A DNA stretch of 64,000 bases from a bacterium (GTDB taxonomy: Bacteria > SAR324 > NAC60-12), in contig CBDDTI010000747.1 of the NCBI GenBank assembly GCA_965233585.1, positions 576,001 through 640,000 of the forward strand, in the 5' to 3' direction. The notes below the pieces were generated by a model. The model had not been told where the DNA came from. It was given only the letters and a program-made list of their open reading frames with translations, and ran no database searches. The position numbers and the translations under genes were made by a program. Below, piece after piece: positions 1-9,884 of the stretch; the stretch's first letter is position 1, and each line of letters begins with the position of its first letter.

Positions 1-40
1 TTTGCTGACTTGATGTGACCCTTAAAAATTTGGAAACTGC

Positions 41-1357
41 ATGAAAACAGCGATTGAAGTCAACAACCTTTGCAAGTGTTACAAACTCTACAACTCCCAA
101 CGAGAAAGGGTTTATGATTTTTTCAATCCTTTTCGTCAATACCACCGTGAATTTTGGGCATTGCAAGATGTCTCATTACAGATTGAATCAGGTCAAACAG
201 TTGGGTTACTAGGCAAGAATGGTTCAGGAAAATCTACATTACTGCAAATTATTTCAGGCGTGTTGCATTCCACCCAAGGCAGTGTCAAAACTGACGGGAG
301 AGTTGCGGCATTGCTTGAGCTGGGTGCAGGCTTTAATCCCAAATTTACAGGACGAGAGAATGTGATTTTAAACGGTGCATTGATGGGGCTGGGGCATCGT
401 GAAATGAAGCAGAGACTACCCAAAATCATTGAGTTTTCAGAACTGGGAGATTTTGTTGACCAGCCTGTGTGGACGTATTCGTCAGGTATGTATGTCAGGC
501 TTGCTTTTTCTGCTGCAATCCATGTTGATGCTGACATTTTAATTGTTGATGAAGCCTTAGCTGTGGGAGATGCCAAATTTCAACGAAAATGCTACCAGCA
601 ATTTGAAAAATTCCGTGAACAAAAGAAAACAATTTTGCTGGTGACGCATGACACAGGAGCGGTAGCAAGGCATTGTGACCAAGTTGTCTTGATGAATCAA
701 GGACGTTTAGTCAGCACGGGCGAACCACGTGAGATGATCAATCTTTATTCTGACCTCATGGCAGAAAAACTAGAAGATTTCAAAGCTGAGACAACCAGTA
801 GCCCCAAAACTGATGCGACTCAAGAAGCAAAGCTGCAGCACTTTTTTGAATCAACTCATGCACAAGACCTTGTCTGCCAACGCAAAGCATACAACGAAAA
901 AGAGTACAGATATGGAAGTTCGCAAGCTCAGATTATAGATTGCCTGTTGATTTGTGGGCATGAGCAAGACATCAGTGCTTTGACGTCTCACGATGAGTTA
1001 CAGATTTATCTCAAAGTATTGTTTCACCAAAAAGTAGAACAGCCCATTTATGGCATGAATATCAAAAGAGTTGATGGAATTGAGGTGTATGGCTCAAACA
1101 CACACTATGAAAAAGTCAATGTTTGTTCCCCTGATGCAGGGCAAACGATTGTTATTTCCATGTCTTTGACGATTCCCTTGACCAAAGGAGATTACTTTAT
1201 GAGCTTTGGCGTTGTTACAAGAGCAGGTCTTGAAGACATTGTACTTGACAGAAGATATGACATGATTCATTTACAGGTGCATCAATACAACCAAGCACTT
1301 GGGATTGTAGATTGTCGTGTTGCCATGAAACAACTTGAACCATCTTTTCATTCCTAA
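41..1357 (+). CDS. wzt: Polysaccharide ABC exporter ATP-binding subunit with Wzt C-terminal carbohydrate-binding domain
   Basis: Walker A GKNGSGKST, YSSGM signature, ILIVDEALAVGD, and a C-terminal domain starting EYRYGS typical of Wzt_C. Confidence 0.9.
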   Translation: MKTAIEVNNLCKCYKLYNSQRERVYDFFNPFRQYHREFWALQDVSLQIESGQTVGLLGKNGSGKSTLLQIISGVLHSTQGSVKTDGRVAALLELGAGFNPKFTGRENVILNGALMGLGHREMKQRLPKIIEFSELGDFVDQPVWTYSSGMYVRLAFSAAIHVDADILIVDEALAVGDAKFQRKCYQQFEKFREQKKTILLVTHDTGAVARHCDQVVLMNQGRLVSTGEPREMINLYSDLMAEKLEDFKAETTSSPKTDATQEAKLQHFFESTHAQDLVCQRKAYNEKEYRYGSSQAQIIDCLLICGHEQDISALTSHDELQIYLKVLFHQKVEQPIYGMNIKRVDGIEVYGSNTHYEKVNVCSPDAGQTIVISMSLTIPLTKGDYFMSFGVVTRAGLEDIVLDRRYDMIHLQVHQYNQALGIVDCRVAMKQLEPSFHS

Positions 1358-1468
1358 CAAAATCTAATGAGAATTTTAGAACTTTGGTGAGAGTTTTGAA
1401 AAGTAAGGAATTGGTTTTGCATCTGACCTCCAATTAAGTTACAACGCTAGTTTTTTTTATTTTTTACT

Positions 1469-3100
1469 ATGACATATCCTATGAATTTCATACGTTTATT
1501 TTCTCTCTGTTCTTTGGGTCTTCCAATCTTTTTAACAGCATGTTCGTCTCTTTCTGAAAATGGCTCACTTCCCGTTTTCCAAGTTGACAAACCTTATACT
1601 GTGCCTGCCAGTCTTGTTGGGTCAGATTATCAAAAAAAAGTCTCATTCTCAGTTTTCAAAATAGACCCAGCTGAGTCTTATGCTTCCAATTTAGTTGGTG
1701 CAGAGTATGAAGTCGCTCCTGTTCAAATACAAAAAAAACCTCCCATTGTCGTTCCCCCTGTCAAAATAGTTTACAATCAGAGAGTGAGGCGATTGGTCAA
1801 CTTTTATTTGCATCGCAAACGTGAAGAATTAAAAAAAGGTATCAGACGTTCAGGGAGGTATGCAGAGCTGATCTCTCGTATATTGCGTGAAGAAAAAGCA
1901 CCTGCCAATTTAATCTACTTAGCAGGTGTAGAAAGCAATTACCAGATTCGTGCAAGGTCAAGAGCCAATGCTTTGGGAATGTGGCAATTTATTAGAAGTA
2001 CAGGAATTAGATTTAATTTAAAATCTAACCAATGGATTGATGAACGTTACGATGTGGAATCTTCTACGCGAGCAGCTGCGAGACTTTTGAAGTATCTTTA
2101 TAAACGTTTTGGCTCATGGGAGCTTGCTATGGCCGCTTACAATGCAGGTGGGGGCAGAGTACGCGCAGCCATTCGCAGAGCCAAAAGACTTGGGAAAAAG
2201 ACCGATTACTGGTCAATCATTCACTACTTACCACGTGAAACAAGGAATTATGTCCCAGCATTCATGGCTCTTAATATCATCTTCAATGATTTGGAGTCTT
2301 TTGGTTTATCAGATGTCAAGCTGGACAAGCCGATTCCTCAAGACCGAGTTGTCATTTCAACAAAATACTCACCTTATGAAGTGGCACAACGTCTCAAGCT
2401 ACGTTACCACGATGTGAAAGAACTCAATCATTTTTTGATTCGTGAGATTCCTCCTTTGACTGAAAAAACATATTATCTTTATATTCCCAAAGGTCACCAA
2501 GAGGCTCTTGAAGAATCTCTCACAAAGGATCCTAAACCTATTTTCGCCAAATGGAAGATTCAAGCAAGTTATGCTTATCGCTCTTCAACGATGATTCGTC
2601 TATTACAAAAACATGGCGACCGATTTTACGTAAGGGTGAGACGAGGCGACAGCTTGTGGTCTTTGGCAAGAAAATATCGCACCACGATTGGGCATTTGCG
2701 AGCATGGAATAACATCTATGGCACAAATCATCTTCACATTGGCAAAACCATTTCCCTTTATGCTCCAAACTGGAACTTTTTCCAGAAAATAGGTGCTTTG
2801 CAACAACAGCAAAACAAAAGGAAAAAAACCTTTGCCAGAAAAACTGTCAAAGTACCCAAATCAACTTATAGGTATCGTTCTACCCATCACATCAATTTGC
2901 TTGCAAAATATGGTGATAAATTTCATATTCGTGTCAGAAGAGGTGACAATTTATCAGTCATTGCCAAACGTTATCGCACGACAGTGAAACATCTTGTCAG
3001 GTGGAACAAAATCAAAAATGTCAGCTTTTTACGTATTGGACAACGACTTGTTGCATACCAACCAAATTCCAAATTTTTGCAAAAAATTAAAAAAACCTAA
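1469..3100 (+). CDS. mltD: MltD-like lytic murein transglycosylase lipoprotein with two LysM domains
   Basis: Lipobox LTAC; SLT motifs VES, GMWQF, AAYNAG, ETRNYV; two VRRGD LysM repeats. Confidence 0.85.
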   Translation: MTYPMNFIRLFSLCSLGLPIFLTACSSLSENGSLPVFQVDKPYTVPASLVGSDYQKKVSFSVFKIDPAESYASNLVGAEYEVAPVQIQKKPPIVVPPVKIVYNQRVRRLVNFYLHRKREELKKGIRRSGRYAELISRILREEKAPANLIYLAGVESNYQIRARSRANALGMWQFIRSTGIRFNLKSNQWIDERYDVESSTRAAARLLKYLYKRFGSWELAMAAYNAGGGRVRAAIRRAKRLGKKTDYWSIIHYLPRETRNYVPAFMALNIIFNDLESFGLSDVKLDKPIPQDRVVISTKYSPYEVAQRLKLRYHDVKELNHFLIREIPPLTEKTYYLYIPKGHQEALEESLTKDPKPIFAKWKIQASYAYRSSTMIRLLQKHGDRFYVRVRRGDSLWSLARKYRTTIGHLRAWNNIYGTNHLHIGKTISLYAPNWNFFQKIGALQQQQNKRKKTFARKTVKVPKSTYRYRSTHHINLLAKYGDKFHIRVRRGDNLSVIAKRYRTTVKHLVRWNKIKNVSFLRIGQRLVAYQPNSKFLQKIKKT

Positions 3101-3957
3101 TGGATTCTAAAAAAAGCAAGCAAATTGGCATCATCTTTTGTTTGCTCTCTTTAGTTGGTTGTGGAGGTGGACTGTTTTTTTACCCTACGCAAGAAATTTA
3201 CACCCTGCCTGAACAAGTCAAGTTAGATTATGAAATTGTAGATTTTCAAAGCCGCGATGGCTTGCAGCTTAAAGGTTGGTTGATTCACTCCAAAACCCAA
3301 AAATCTCGTGGCGTTGTCGTGCAGTTTCATGGCAATGCAGAAAATATGACCTCGCATTTTCTATCGCTGGCATGGTTGCCCAAATACGGATTTGACCTTT
3401 TTGTTTTTGATTATAGAGGTTATGGAGCATCAGAGGGCAGTCCGACAATCAAAGGTGCGGTTTTTGACTCTGTTGCAGCAATAGAATACGTTGTCAAAAA
3501 ATTTCCAAATCAACCTATCATTTTAGTTGGTCAAAGTCTGGGAGGAGCATTGCTACTGGCGGCTTTGCATGAAGACCAAAGTCTTTTACAACAAGCCTCG
3601 TTTCAACTGATTGTGTTAGAAGGAGCATTTGCATCATATCAACAAATCATGCAAGAAAAGATGCAAGAGTCTTTCCTTCTTTATCCTTTCCAATGGCTGT
3701 CTTATGTCATGGTTAGTGATGTTTACGCACCAAAAAATTTGATTGCCAAAGAGAATGGTATCCCGTATTTAATCATCAGTGGAGACGATGACACGGTCGT
3801 CCCACCTCATCATTCCGACGCACTCTATCAACAAATTCAAGGCGAAAAATATCGTTGGAGTGTTCCCGGTGGCAGACATATAGACGCCTTTACAAGATTT
3901 GGAAAAATCTACCAACCTCGTTTTGACAAATTAGTACGCGAGCTTGCAACCCATTAA
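3100..3957 (+). CDS. Alpha/beta hydrolase lipoprotein (YfhR/Bem46-like)
   Basis: Lipobox LVGC, FHGNAEN, DYRGYG, GQSLGG nucleophile, DTVVP acid, GRH histidine. Confidence 0.85.
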   Translation: MDSKKSKQIGIIFCLLSLVGCGGGLFFYPTQEIYTLPEQVKLDYEIVDFQSRDGLQLKGWLIHSKTQKSRGVVVQFHGNAENMTSHFLSLAWLPKYGFDLFVFDYRGYGASEGSPTIKGAVFDSVAAIEYVVKKFPNQPIILVGQSLGGALLLAALHEDQSLLQQASFQLIVLEGAFASYQQIMQEKMQESFLLYPFQWLSYVMVSDVYAPKNLIAKENGIPYLIISGDDDTVVPPHHSDALYQQIQGEKYRWSVPGGRHIDAFTRFGKIYQPRFDKLVRELATH

Positions 3958-3963
3958 AACTTC

Positions 3964-4902
3964 ATGCAATCACTTGCCTACAAACATTTATTGTTTGTCA
4001 TACCCTTACTTTTAATTCAGCCTTCCAATCCAATTGCTTTGAAGTATGCAATGTTTTCAGGTTGGCCTCCCTATTTGTTGGGAGCATTGCGTATGAGCAT
4101 GATTTCACTTTGTTTTATGATGTGGGTCTTGCTTGCCAAGCAATCCTTATTAGGTTCTGCCAAAGTGAGAAATTGGATTTTACCTGCCGCATTTTTCAAA
4201 GCACTTGGAATTTATTGCTTTTTCACGGCACTTAGTATGATTTCTGCAAGCCGTGTGATTATGCTTGCATCTTCTGCTCCCATTCTCAATTTGCTACTAG
4301 TGCAGATTTTTTTGAAACAAGAAAAAATTCGCTATCATCATGTGGTGGGGTTGCTCATTAGCCTTTGTGGTGTCACGCTTTTGCTCGCTTTTCGTTCTTT
4401 GCAAGAAGTCACTTTTGAGGACATTCACATTGAAGCAGGAGATTTGATTTTATTGCTTGGTCTGATTGCAACGGGATTTATGACGATTTGTGAAAAACAT
4501 GCTGTCACTCACGGTGCAACGCCTCAACAACTAGTCGCCTCAATCAATTTATTTTCAGTCCCTTTATTCGTCACATTGACTTTGTTTGAAGAACCAACCC
4601 AACAAAATTTTCCTACTTCTTTTGAATCATGGGGCGTCTTCATTTACCTTTTTTTGATTGGAACAATTCTTTTTTATTATCGCCGTTGGCTTTTGGTTCG
4701 TGTTCCTGTCACATTCCTCAACTCCTTAACGTATCTTGAAAGGGCTATCGGGATAGCCTATGCCATGATTTTTCTTGGTGAAACTGTTGCATTGATTAGC
4801 TTGATAGGATTTGGCATGATTTTAGGGGGTTCTACATTTGCAATCCAAAGAGATTTACTTCACAAATCTCCCAAATTACCAGCTTCACTAAGCCAATCCT
4901 AA
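3964..4902 (+). CDS. DMT/EamA family membrane transporter
   Basis: About 10 hydrophobic segments with two-fold internal symmetry; FLKQEKI and FLGETV motifs. Confidence 0.8.
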   Translation: MQSLAYKHLLFVIPLLLIQPSNPIALKYAMFSGWPPYLLGALRMSMISLCFMMWVLLAKQSLLGSAKVRNWILPAAFFKALGIYCFFTALSMISASRVIMLASSAPILNLLLVQIFLKQEKIRYHHVVGLLISLCGVTLLLAFRSLQEVTFEDIHIEAGDLILLLGLIATGFMTICEKHAVTHGATPQQLVASINLFSVPLFVTLTLFEEPTQQNFPTSFESWGVFIYLFLIGTILFYYRRWLLVRVPVTFLNSLTYLERAIGIAYAMIFLGETVALISLIGFGMILGGSTFAIQRDLLHKSPKLPASLSQS

Positions 4903-5104
4903 CATCAAAAAATTTAGTTTTTTTAGAAAAAAAGATGGGTGAGAAAAAGTGAGATGAACAGCAAAGAAGTAGAAAAAGATTAGAATGAGAGGAGCAGAAG
5001 ATGTTATCATCAGTCCCTGAATCTTGTGCAAAGCCTGATTATCTGTTGCTCACTGCAAATCAGCAAATTTAGAACATTAAAACCAAATACTATTTAAAAA
5101 TCTT

Positions 5105-5518
5105 ATGGCTTCTATTTTTACAAAAATTATTCAAAATTCATTACCGTCTGAAAAGATTTATGAAACAGCATCAGAAATTGCATTTTTGGATATTGAACCT
5201 GTTGCTTATGGGCATACGCTTGTTGTACCCAAACGAGAAGTTGCCTTGTTAGAGGAACTTCCTACGGAAGAGGCAGTTTGTTTGATGAAGACGTTGCAGA
5301 AGGTTGCGAAAGCTGTTTCCAGTGCCTATCAGCAGGCACACTACAACATTCTTTTGAATAATGGGAAAGATGCGGGGCAGGAAGTCCCTCACCTCCATTT
5401 TCATATCATTCCCCGCTTGACAGGTTCTGTTTGGCAACCTAGCCAAAAAATGAAATATGGAGCAGAGGATCTTCAAAAAACGGGAGAATTGATACGTTCT
5501 AAATTACTGATCAGCTAA
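5105..5518 (+). CDS. HIT family nucleotide hydrolase
   Basis: SIFTKII start, FLDIEP, GHTLVVPK, histidine triad HLHFH. Confidence 0.93.
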   Translation: MASIFTKIIQNSLPSEKIYETASEIAFLDIEPVAYGHTLVVPKREVALLEELPTEEAVCLMKTLQKVAKAVSSAYQQAHYNILLNNGKDAGQEVPHLHFHIIPRLTGSVWQPSQKMKYGAEDLQKTGELIRSKLLIS

Positions 5519-5884
5519 TGCAGAACGTGCTTTTTGTTCAGAGTAGAAAAGACGATCGTCATTTTCAATGACCCAAATCTGACGATGCAATCCTTCTGGA
5601 TTGAAGGTCAAGTTATTGTCATGATTTTTCAAGTCTCCTTTGTGTAAGACAATTCCAAACGATTTAGTATTGTCTTTGACCTTGATGACAACTTTAGAGG
5701 CTGTCTGTTTGTAAGGTTTCAAAGGCAGCGAATGCTCCCAGTCACAAGACACAGAACCATCTAACGCACCTTCATCAATGTCCCAAACATAAGCTGTCCA
5801 ATCTTGGTAATCATTTTGGGAGCGGAGGTAGTAAAGTTCAACAGTTTTAAATTGTCTTCTTTTTGTCATTTTGAGATTAGCCAT
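5504..5884 (-). CDS. Stand-alone pullulanase-associated (PUD/CBM41-like) alpha-glucan-binding domain protein
   Basis: YYLRSQNDYQDWTAYVWD, FGIVLHKGD and IWVIEND resemble the CBM41 pattern; no catalytic domain. Confidence 0.65.
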   Translation of the reverse strand: MANLKMTKRRQFKTVELYYLRSQNDYQDWTAYVWDIDEGALDGSVSCDWEHSLPLKPYKQTASKVVIKVKDNTKSFGIVLHKGDLKNHDNNLTFNPEGLHRQIWVIENDDRLFYSEQKARSALADQ

Positions 5885-5940
5885 TTTTAATTTAAAGAGA
5901 TAAGATGGGTCATTTTAACAATTTCTAGCTCAAGAGTAAA

Positions 5941-6315
5941 GTGATGCCTATAAAAAAAGTCATTTTAGTAGAAGATAACGAGAATAACCAGTTGTTGATA
6001 CAGGATATTTTTTATAAATATAGAAAGGAGTATGAGCTGGTTGTGATTGATTCATCAGAAGAGGCGTTGGCTTATTTAACCTCCAATTCATTTGATTTGC
6101 TCTTGCTGGATATGCGACTACCTAAAATTTCAGGTTGGGAAGTAGCTAGAATTTTGCGAGACCAACATCATTGCCAAAATCCTATCATTGCTGTTACAGC
6201 ACATGCCATGAAAGGAGACCGCGAACGTTCCCTTGAGGCAGGCTGTAATGACTTCATTACAAAGCCCATTCAAAAAGAGACTTTGCTTGAAAAAGTCAGG
6301 CATTGGACGTCCTGA
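5941..6315 (+). CDS. Single-domain response regulator (DivK-like)
   Basis: LVEDN, LLDMRLP phosphoacceptor, VTAHAMKGDRE, TKP. Confidence 0.9.
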   Translation: MMPIKKVILVEDNENNQLLIQDIFYKYRKEYELVVIDSSEEALAYLTSNSFDLLLLDMRLPKISGWEVARILRDQHHCQNPIIAVTAHAMKGDRERSLEAGCNDFITKPIQKETLLEKVRHWTS

Positions 6316-7793
6316 TTTTTGTGCGTCTTTTGCTCGCTTCCTTTTTTCAAAAACCTTTCTTTCTCGTCTCTTCTTCTATTGTTCTACTTGGTTTGTCCCT
6401 TGAAGTTTCATGGATTGCATGGACTGCATGGACTCCTTTTTTTTATGGATTAAACCGACATTCAACAGCCAAAATTGTGCAAATGGCTTTTTTCATTTTG
6501 TGCAGTTGGCATGTCATCGCTTTCATCTGGCTGTTAGACATCACACATTGGGGATATTTAGTTGGTCTGGCGATGGTGCTTTCTATCATACCAGCTTTGA
6601 CATGGGTTTTTGCCAAATTCCTGTTACCAAGAAGCTATGCACTCATTGGTCTGTTATGGGTTTTGCAAGAGCAAATTTTGGAGGAATTGCCATTTGGAGG
6701 TGTGCCGTGGATGGTGCTTTCTGCATCACAACCTTTGGGGACGTGGCAAAGTGCAGTCGTTCAAATAGGTGGAAGTAGTCTGCTTTCTGCCATCTTGATT
6801 GCTTATTCTGCATGGCTTGCTAGTACTTTGCATCAGCGAGGCAAGCCAATGAGTCTTTGCCTCATCTTTGGAGGAATGGCATTGGGATTAGCCAATTTTC
6901 ATTTTGTCCCATCGTCAAATGACAAGCAGAAACCTTTGAAAGTCGCAGTTGTGACGGGAGATGTGTCATTGGAAGACCTTGCCAATGTCAAACGTTATCC
7001 AGCTATTTTAGAAAATTACCAAGCACGAGCATCAAAGTTGTTGGAAAAGGAACGTAGCGATTTGCTGATTTTTCCAGAAACAGCATGGGCAGGAGTTTTG
7101 GAAAAAGGTGAGACGTTGTTGAAACTTTTAGACTTCGCCAAAGAACATTCTTTAGATTTATTGCTGGGGTCAAATTCCCATCGCCTGATGCCTCCTGATT
7201 GGAAGTGGTTTAATTCTGCCTATTTGTTAAGAAGCGATGCCATGTCTTTTCAGCGATATGACAAAAGACAGCTCGTTCCATTTGGGGAATACACACCTGC
7301 ATTTTTAAAAAAACTGGGCATGAAGCAAGCCATTCCAATCCATGAATACCATGAAGGCAGAACAAAAACAGTGTTACATACCAGTTCTGCAAACATAGGA
7401 GTCTTGATTTGTTTTGAGTCGTTATTTACCAAACTTCGCCCTCATTTTGAGCAAAACCAAGTGGATATGTTTGTCGTCATTTCCAATTTACAATGGCTTT
7501 CTCAAGCAGGGGCAAATCGCTATTTGTTACTGACAAGACTCAAAGCGGCAGAAACTAGAAAGCCTTGGCTTGTTGTTGCCAATGGCAGTGTCTCTGCTTC
7601 TTTTTTTCCTAGTTTGTGGGGAATGAATGAAAGAAAAATCAAAGGGGAACAAGTGCTGACAGTTTATCAAAGTCAGCACGTCACGCCCTATGGACGTTAC
7701 GGACTCTTGCTGACCCTTGCAATTTTAGGAGGTTGTGTATTTGTTGAATTCTTTGCGAGAAGAAATGATTTTGTCCAACAAACCAAAGTCTAG
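6303..7793 (+). CDS. lnt: Apolipoprotein N-acyltransferase
   Basis: N-terminal TM region, GGVPW, nitrilase triad in FPE / YDKRQLVPFGEY / LICFES. Confidence 0.9.
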   Translation: MDVLIFVRLLLASFFQKPFFLVSSSIVLLGLSLEVSWIAWTAWTPFFYGLNRHSTAKIVQMAFFILCSWHVIAFIWLLDITHWGYLVGLAMVLSIIPALTWVFAKFLLPRSYALIGLLWVLQEQILEELPFGGVPWMVLSASQPLGTWQSAVVQIGGSSLLSAILIAYSAWLASTLHQRGKPMSLCLIFGGMALGLANFHFVPSSNDKQKPLKVAVVTGDVSLEDLANVKRYPAILENYQARASKLLEKERSDLLIFPETAWAGVLEKGETLLKLLDFAKEHSLDLLLGSNSHRLMPPDWKWFNSAYLLRSDAMSFQRYDKRQLVPFGEYTPAFLKKLGMKQAIPIHEYHEGRTKTVLHTSSANIGVLICFESLFTKLRPHFEQNQVDMFVVISNLQWLSQAGANRYLLLTRLKAAETRKPWLVVANGSVSASFFPSLWGMNERKIKGEQVLTVYQSQHVTPYGRYGLLLTLAILGGCVFVEFFARRNDFVQQTKV

Positions 7794-8303
7794 TGCTTCT
7801 TTGGCAGTGAACCAGTTGTCTCTGTCTAGTGCTTCTTTGATTTCTTCATACGATTTGCCTGTGTGCTGACAATAAATTTCAATTGTTAAGTCTCGTGTTT
7901 TTAGAATTTCTTGGGCTTGAATCTCGCAGTCTGTCGCCCTTCCTTGATAGCCTGTCAACAAAGGTTGATGAATCATAATTTTTGCATGTGGCATGGCAAA
8001 TCGTTGTCCTTTGTCTGCAGAAAGACTTAACAATGACCCCATACTTGCCGCAAAGCCGCTCACTACTGTTGTCACAGGGCAGCTGATAAAGCGAAGCATA
8101 TCAAAAATAGCAAATCCTGAAAACATTTCGCCCCCTGGAGAATTGATCAACACTGTGATTCGTTTGTCAGATGCCAGTTGCTCAAGCAAGACAAGTTGTT
8201 CCAATATCTTTGATGCCAATTTTGAGTCCACTTGATTTGAAATAATCACAGTCCGCGATTCAAGAAGTTGTTCCTCAAGTGAGAAGTTTTTTTGATTTGC
8301 CAT
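7725..8303 (-). CDS. clpP: ATP-dependent Clp protease proteolytic subunit
   Basis: INSPGG, AASMGS (Ser), MIHQP (His), RDNWF (Asp). Confidence 0.93.
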   Translation of the reverse strand: MANQKNFSLEEQLLESRTVIISNQVDSKLASKILEQLVLLEQLASDKRITVLINSPGGEMFSGFAIFDMLRFISCPVTTVVSGFAASMGSLLSLSADKGQRFAMPHAKIMIHQPLLTGYQGRATDCEIQAQEILKTRDLTIEIYCQHTGKSYEEIKEALDRDNWFTAKEALDFGLLDKIISSRKEFNKYTTS

Positions 8304-8408
8304 AAATGGGGAGGATAAAGTTAAAAATTCAATAATCTATCAAGGAATTAGAATAGCGTGAAGCCGTTGTAAACACAAGCAACCTCTTCAGACATTGCCC
8401 AGAGAAAG

Positions 8409-9482
8409 TCAAGCGGTAGTTCTTCTGCCTTTGAGGCGGTAAACGTAAGACAGCACTTCTGCCACTGCACGGAAAAACTGGTCTGGAATCACCTCGCCCA
8501 CTTCTACATCGTTGTAGAGTTCACGTGCAAGTTTAGGTCTTTCTACAATAGGCACAGAGTTTTCACGGGCAATGACACGCATTCTTTGTGCAAGGTGGTC
8601 GCCCCCTTTGGCTGTGACGTGTGGTGCTGTCATTGTCTCTCGGTCATAACGAATGGCTACCGAATAGTGTGTCGGATTGGTCAAGATGGCATCAGCTTTG
8701 GGGACCTCTTGCATCATGCGTGCGCGTGCCATCTCTCGTTGTACTTGACGAATACGGCTTTTCACATGAGGGTCACCTTCTGTTTGTTTGTTTTCTTCTT
8801 TCACCTCTTGCTTTGTCATTCGTAGCTGTTGTTCCAAATACCAACGTTGGTAAAAGTAATCAATGACACTCAATGCAATGACCGTGAGCAAAATTTTTAG
8901 TGACACTTCGTTCAGCAGTTGGAAACAGTACACAATGATTTCAGAGGGAGGCAATGAAATGAGACCAGCCCATGCCTCTTTTTCTGCCTCAAATGTGTCA
9001 TAGCCGATGTACCCCAGTGCAGTGATTTTAAATAAACTTTTAAATAGTTCTACCAATCCTTGTGTAGAAAAAAGTCTTTTAATTCCACTCAATGGGCTGA
9101 TCTTGCTAAACTTTGGCATGAGAGGCTTCCAAGTCAAACGTAACCCTACTTGAAAGATAGATGCAAAAATTCCAATGATCACAGCTATTGCAAAGAAAGG
9201 GAGTAAAAGCCAGCCACCTATGCCGACCAAAGGGACGATTGTTGGCACAACAGACTGAATGGTGATTTCGTTGGTTGTCAAATTGCTGAAGGCTTCTACA
9301 AACAGTTGTTGCGAGTCTTCTAAAAGATTGGAAGACATGAAGTAAAAGACAGACAACGTTGCCGCTAACAATGCTGCTGACCCAACCTCTCTGCTAAAGG
9401 CGACTTGTCCTTCATTTCGGGCATCGTCTCTCTTTTTATCTGTGGGGTCTTCTGTTTTTTCTTGTCCTTCCTGTTCTGCCAT
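8409..9482 (-). CDS. flhB: Flagellar export apparatus protein FlhB
   Basis: EKTEDPT start, four TM helices, EGDP, NPTH autocleavage motif. Confidence 0.93.
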   Translation of the reverse strand: MAEQEGQEKTEDPTDKKRDDARNEGQVAFSREVGSAALLAATLSVFYFMSSNLLEDSQQLFVEAFSNLTTNEITIQSVVPTIVPLVGIGGWLLLPFFAIAVIIGIFASIFQVGLRLTWKPLMPKFSKISPLSGIKRLFSTQGLVELFKSLFKITALGYIGYDTFEAEKEAWAGLISLPPSEIIVYCFQLLNEVSLKILLTVIALSVIDYFYQRWYLEQQLRMTKQEVKEENKQTEGDPHVKSRIRQVQREMARARMMQEVPKADAILTNPTHYSVAIRYDRETMTAPHVTAKGGDHLAQRMRVIARENSVPIVERPKLARELYNDVEVGEVIPDQFFRAVAEVLSYVYRLKGRRTTA

Positions 9483-9570
9483 AATTTATTTATAAGAATA
9501 TTTTACACATTTTTTAAAATTTCTACTTTTAATTAGTAATATCAAAAATTTAATCACACTATTACATTTT

Positions 9571-9819
9571 TTAGTTTTCTGATGGACTAGATAGTGGTAA
9601 AAGAGTTCTAATAGATTCTCCTAGAACTGGAACTCCTAAACACAATGAGACCATACTAGATAGTCTCCCTATTATATTCCAAAATTTTTCATTAATATCA
9701 TTACCTTTCTTTACTGTATCCCTAAATGATTTATTTGTAATGACATAACCATAAATCTTATCTATAGATTCTGTAATAGGAACAACACCAGAAATAAAAT
9801 ATTCTTCAATATTAATCAC
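9571..9819 (-). CDS. Short AT-rich hypothetical ORF, possibly a gene remnant
   Basis: 82-aa ORF directly downstream of the R-M gene in very AT-rich DNA; no recognised motif. Confidence 0.3.
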   Translation of the reverse strand: MINIEEYFISGVVPITESIDKIYGYVITNKSFRDTVKKGNDINEKFWNIIGRLSSMVSLCLGVPVLGESIRTLLPLSSPSEN

Positions 9820-9884
9820 TATTTTTTGAATGAATTTAAACTTGTGATAACAATATAAAAAATCAAGTAAGTTTTATAAAAATT

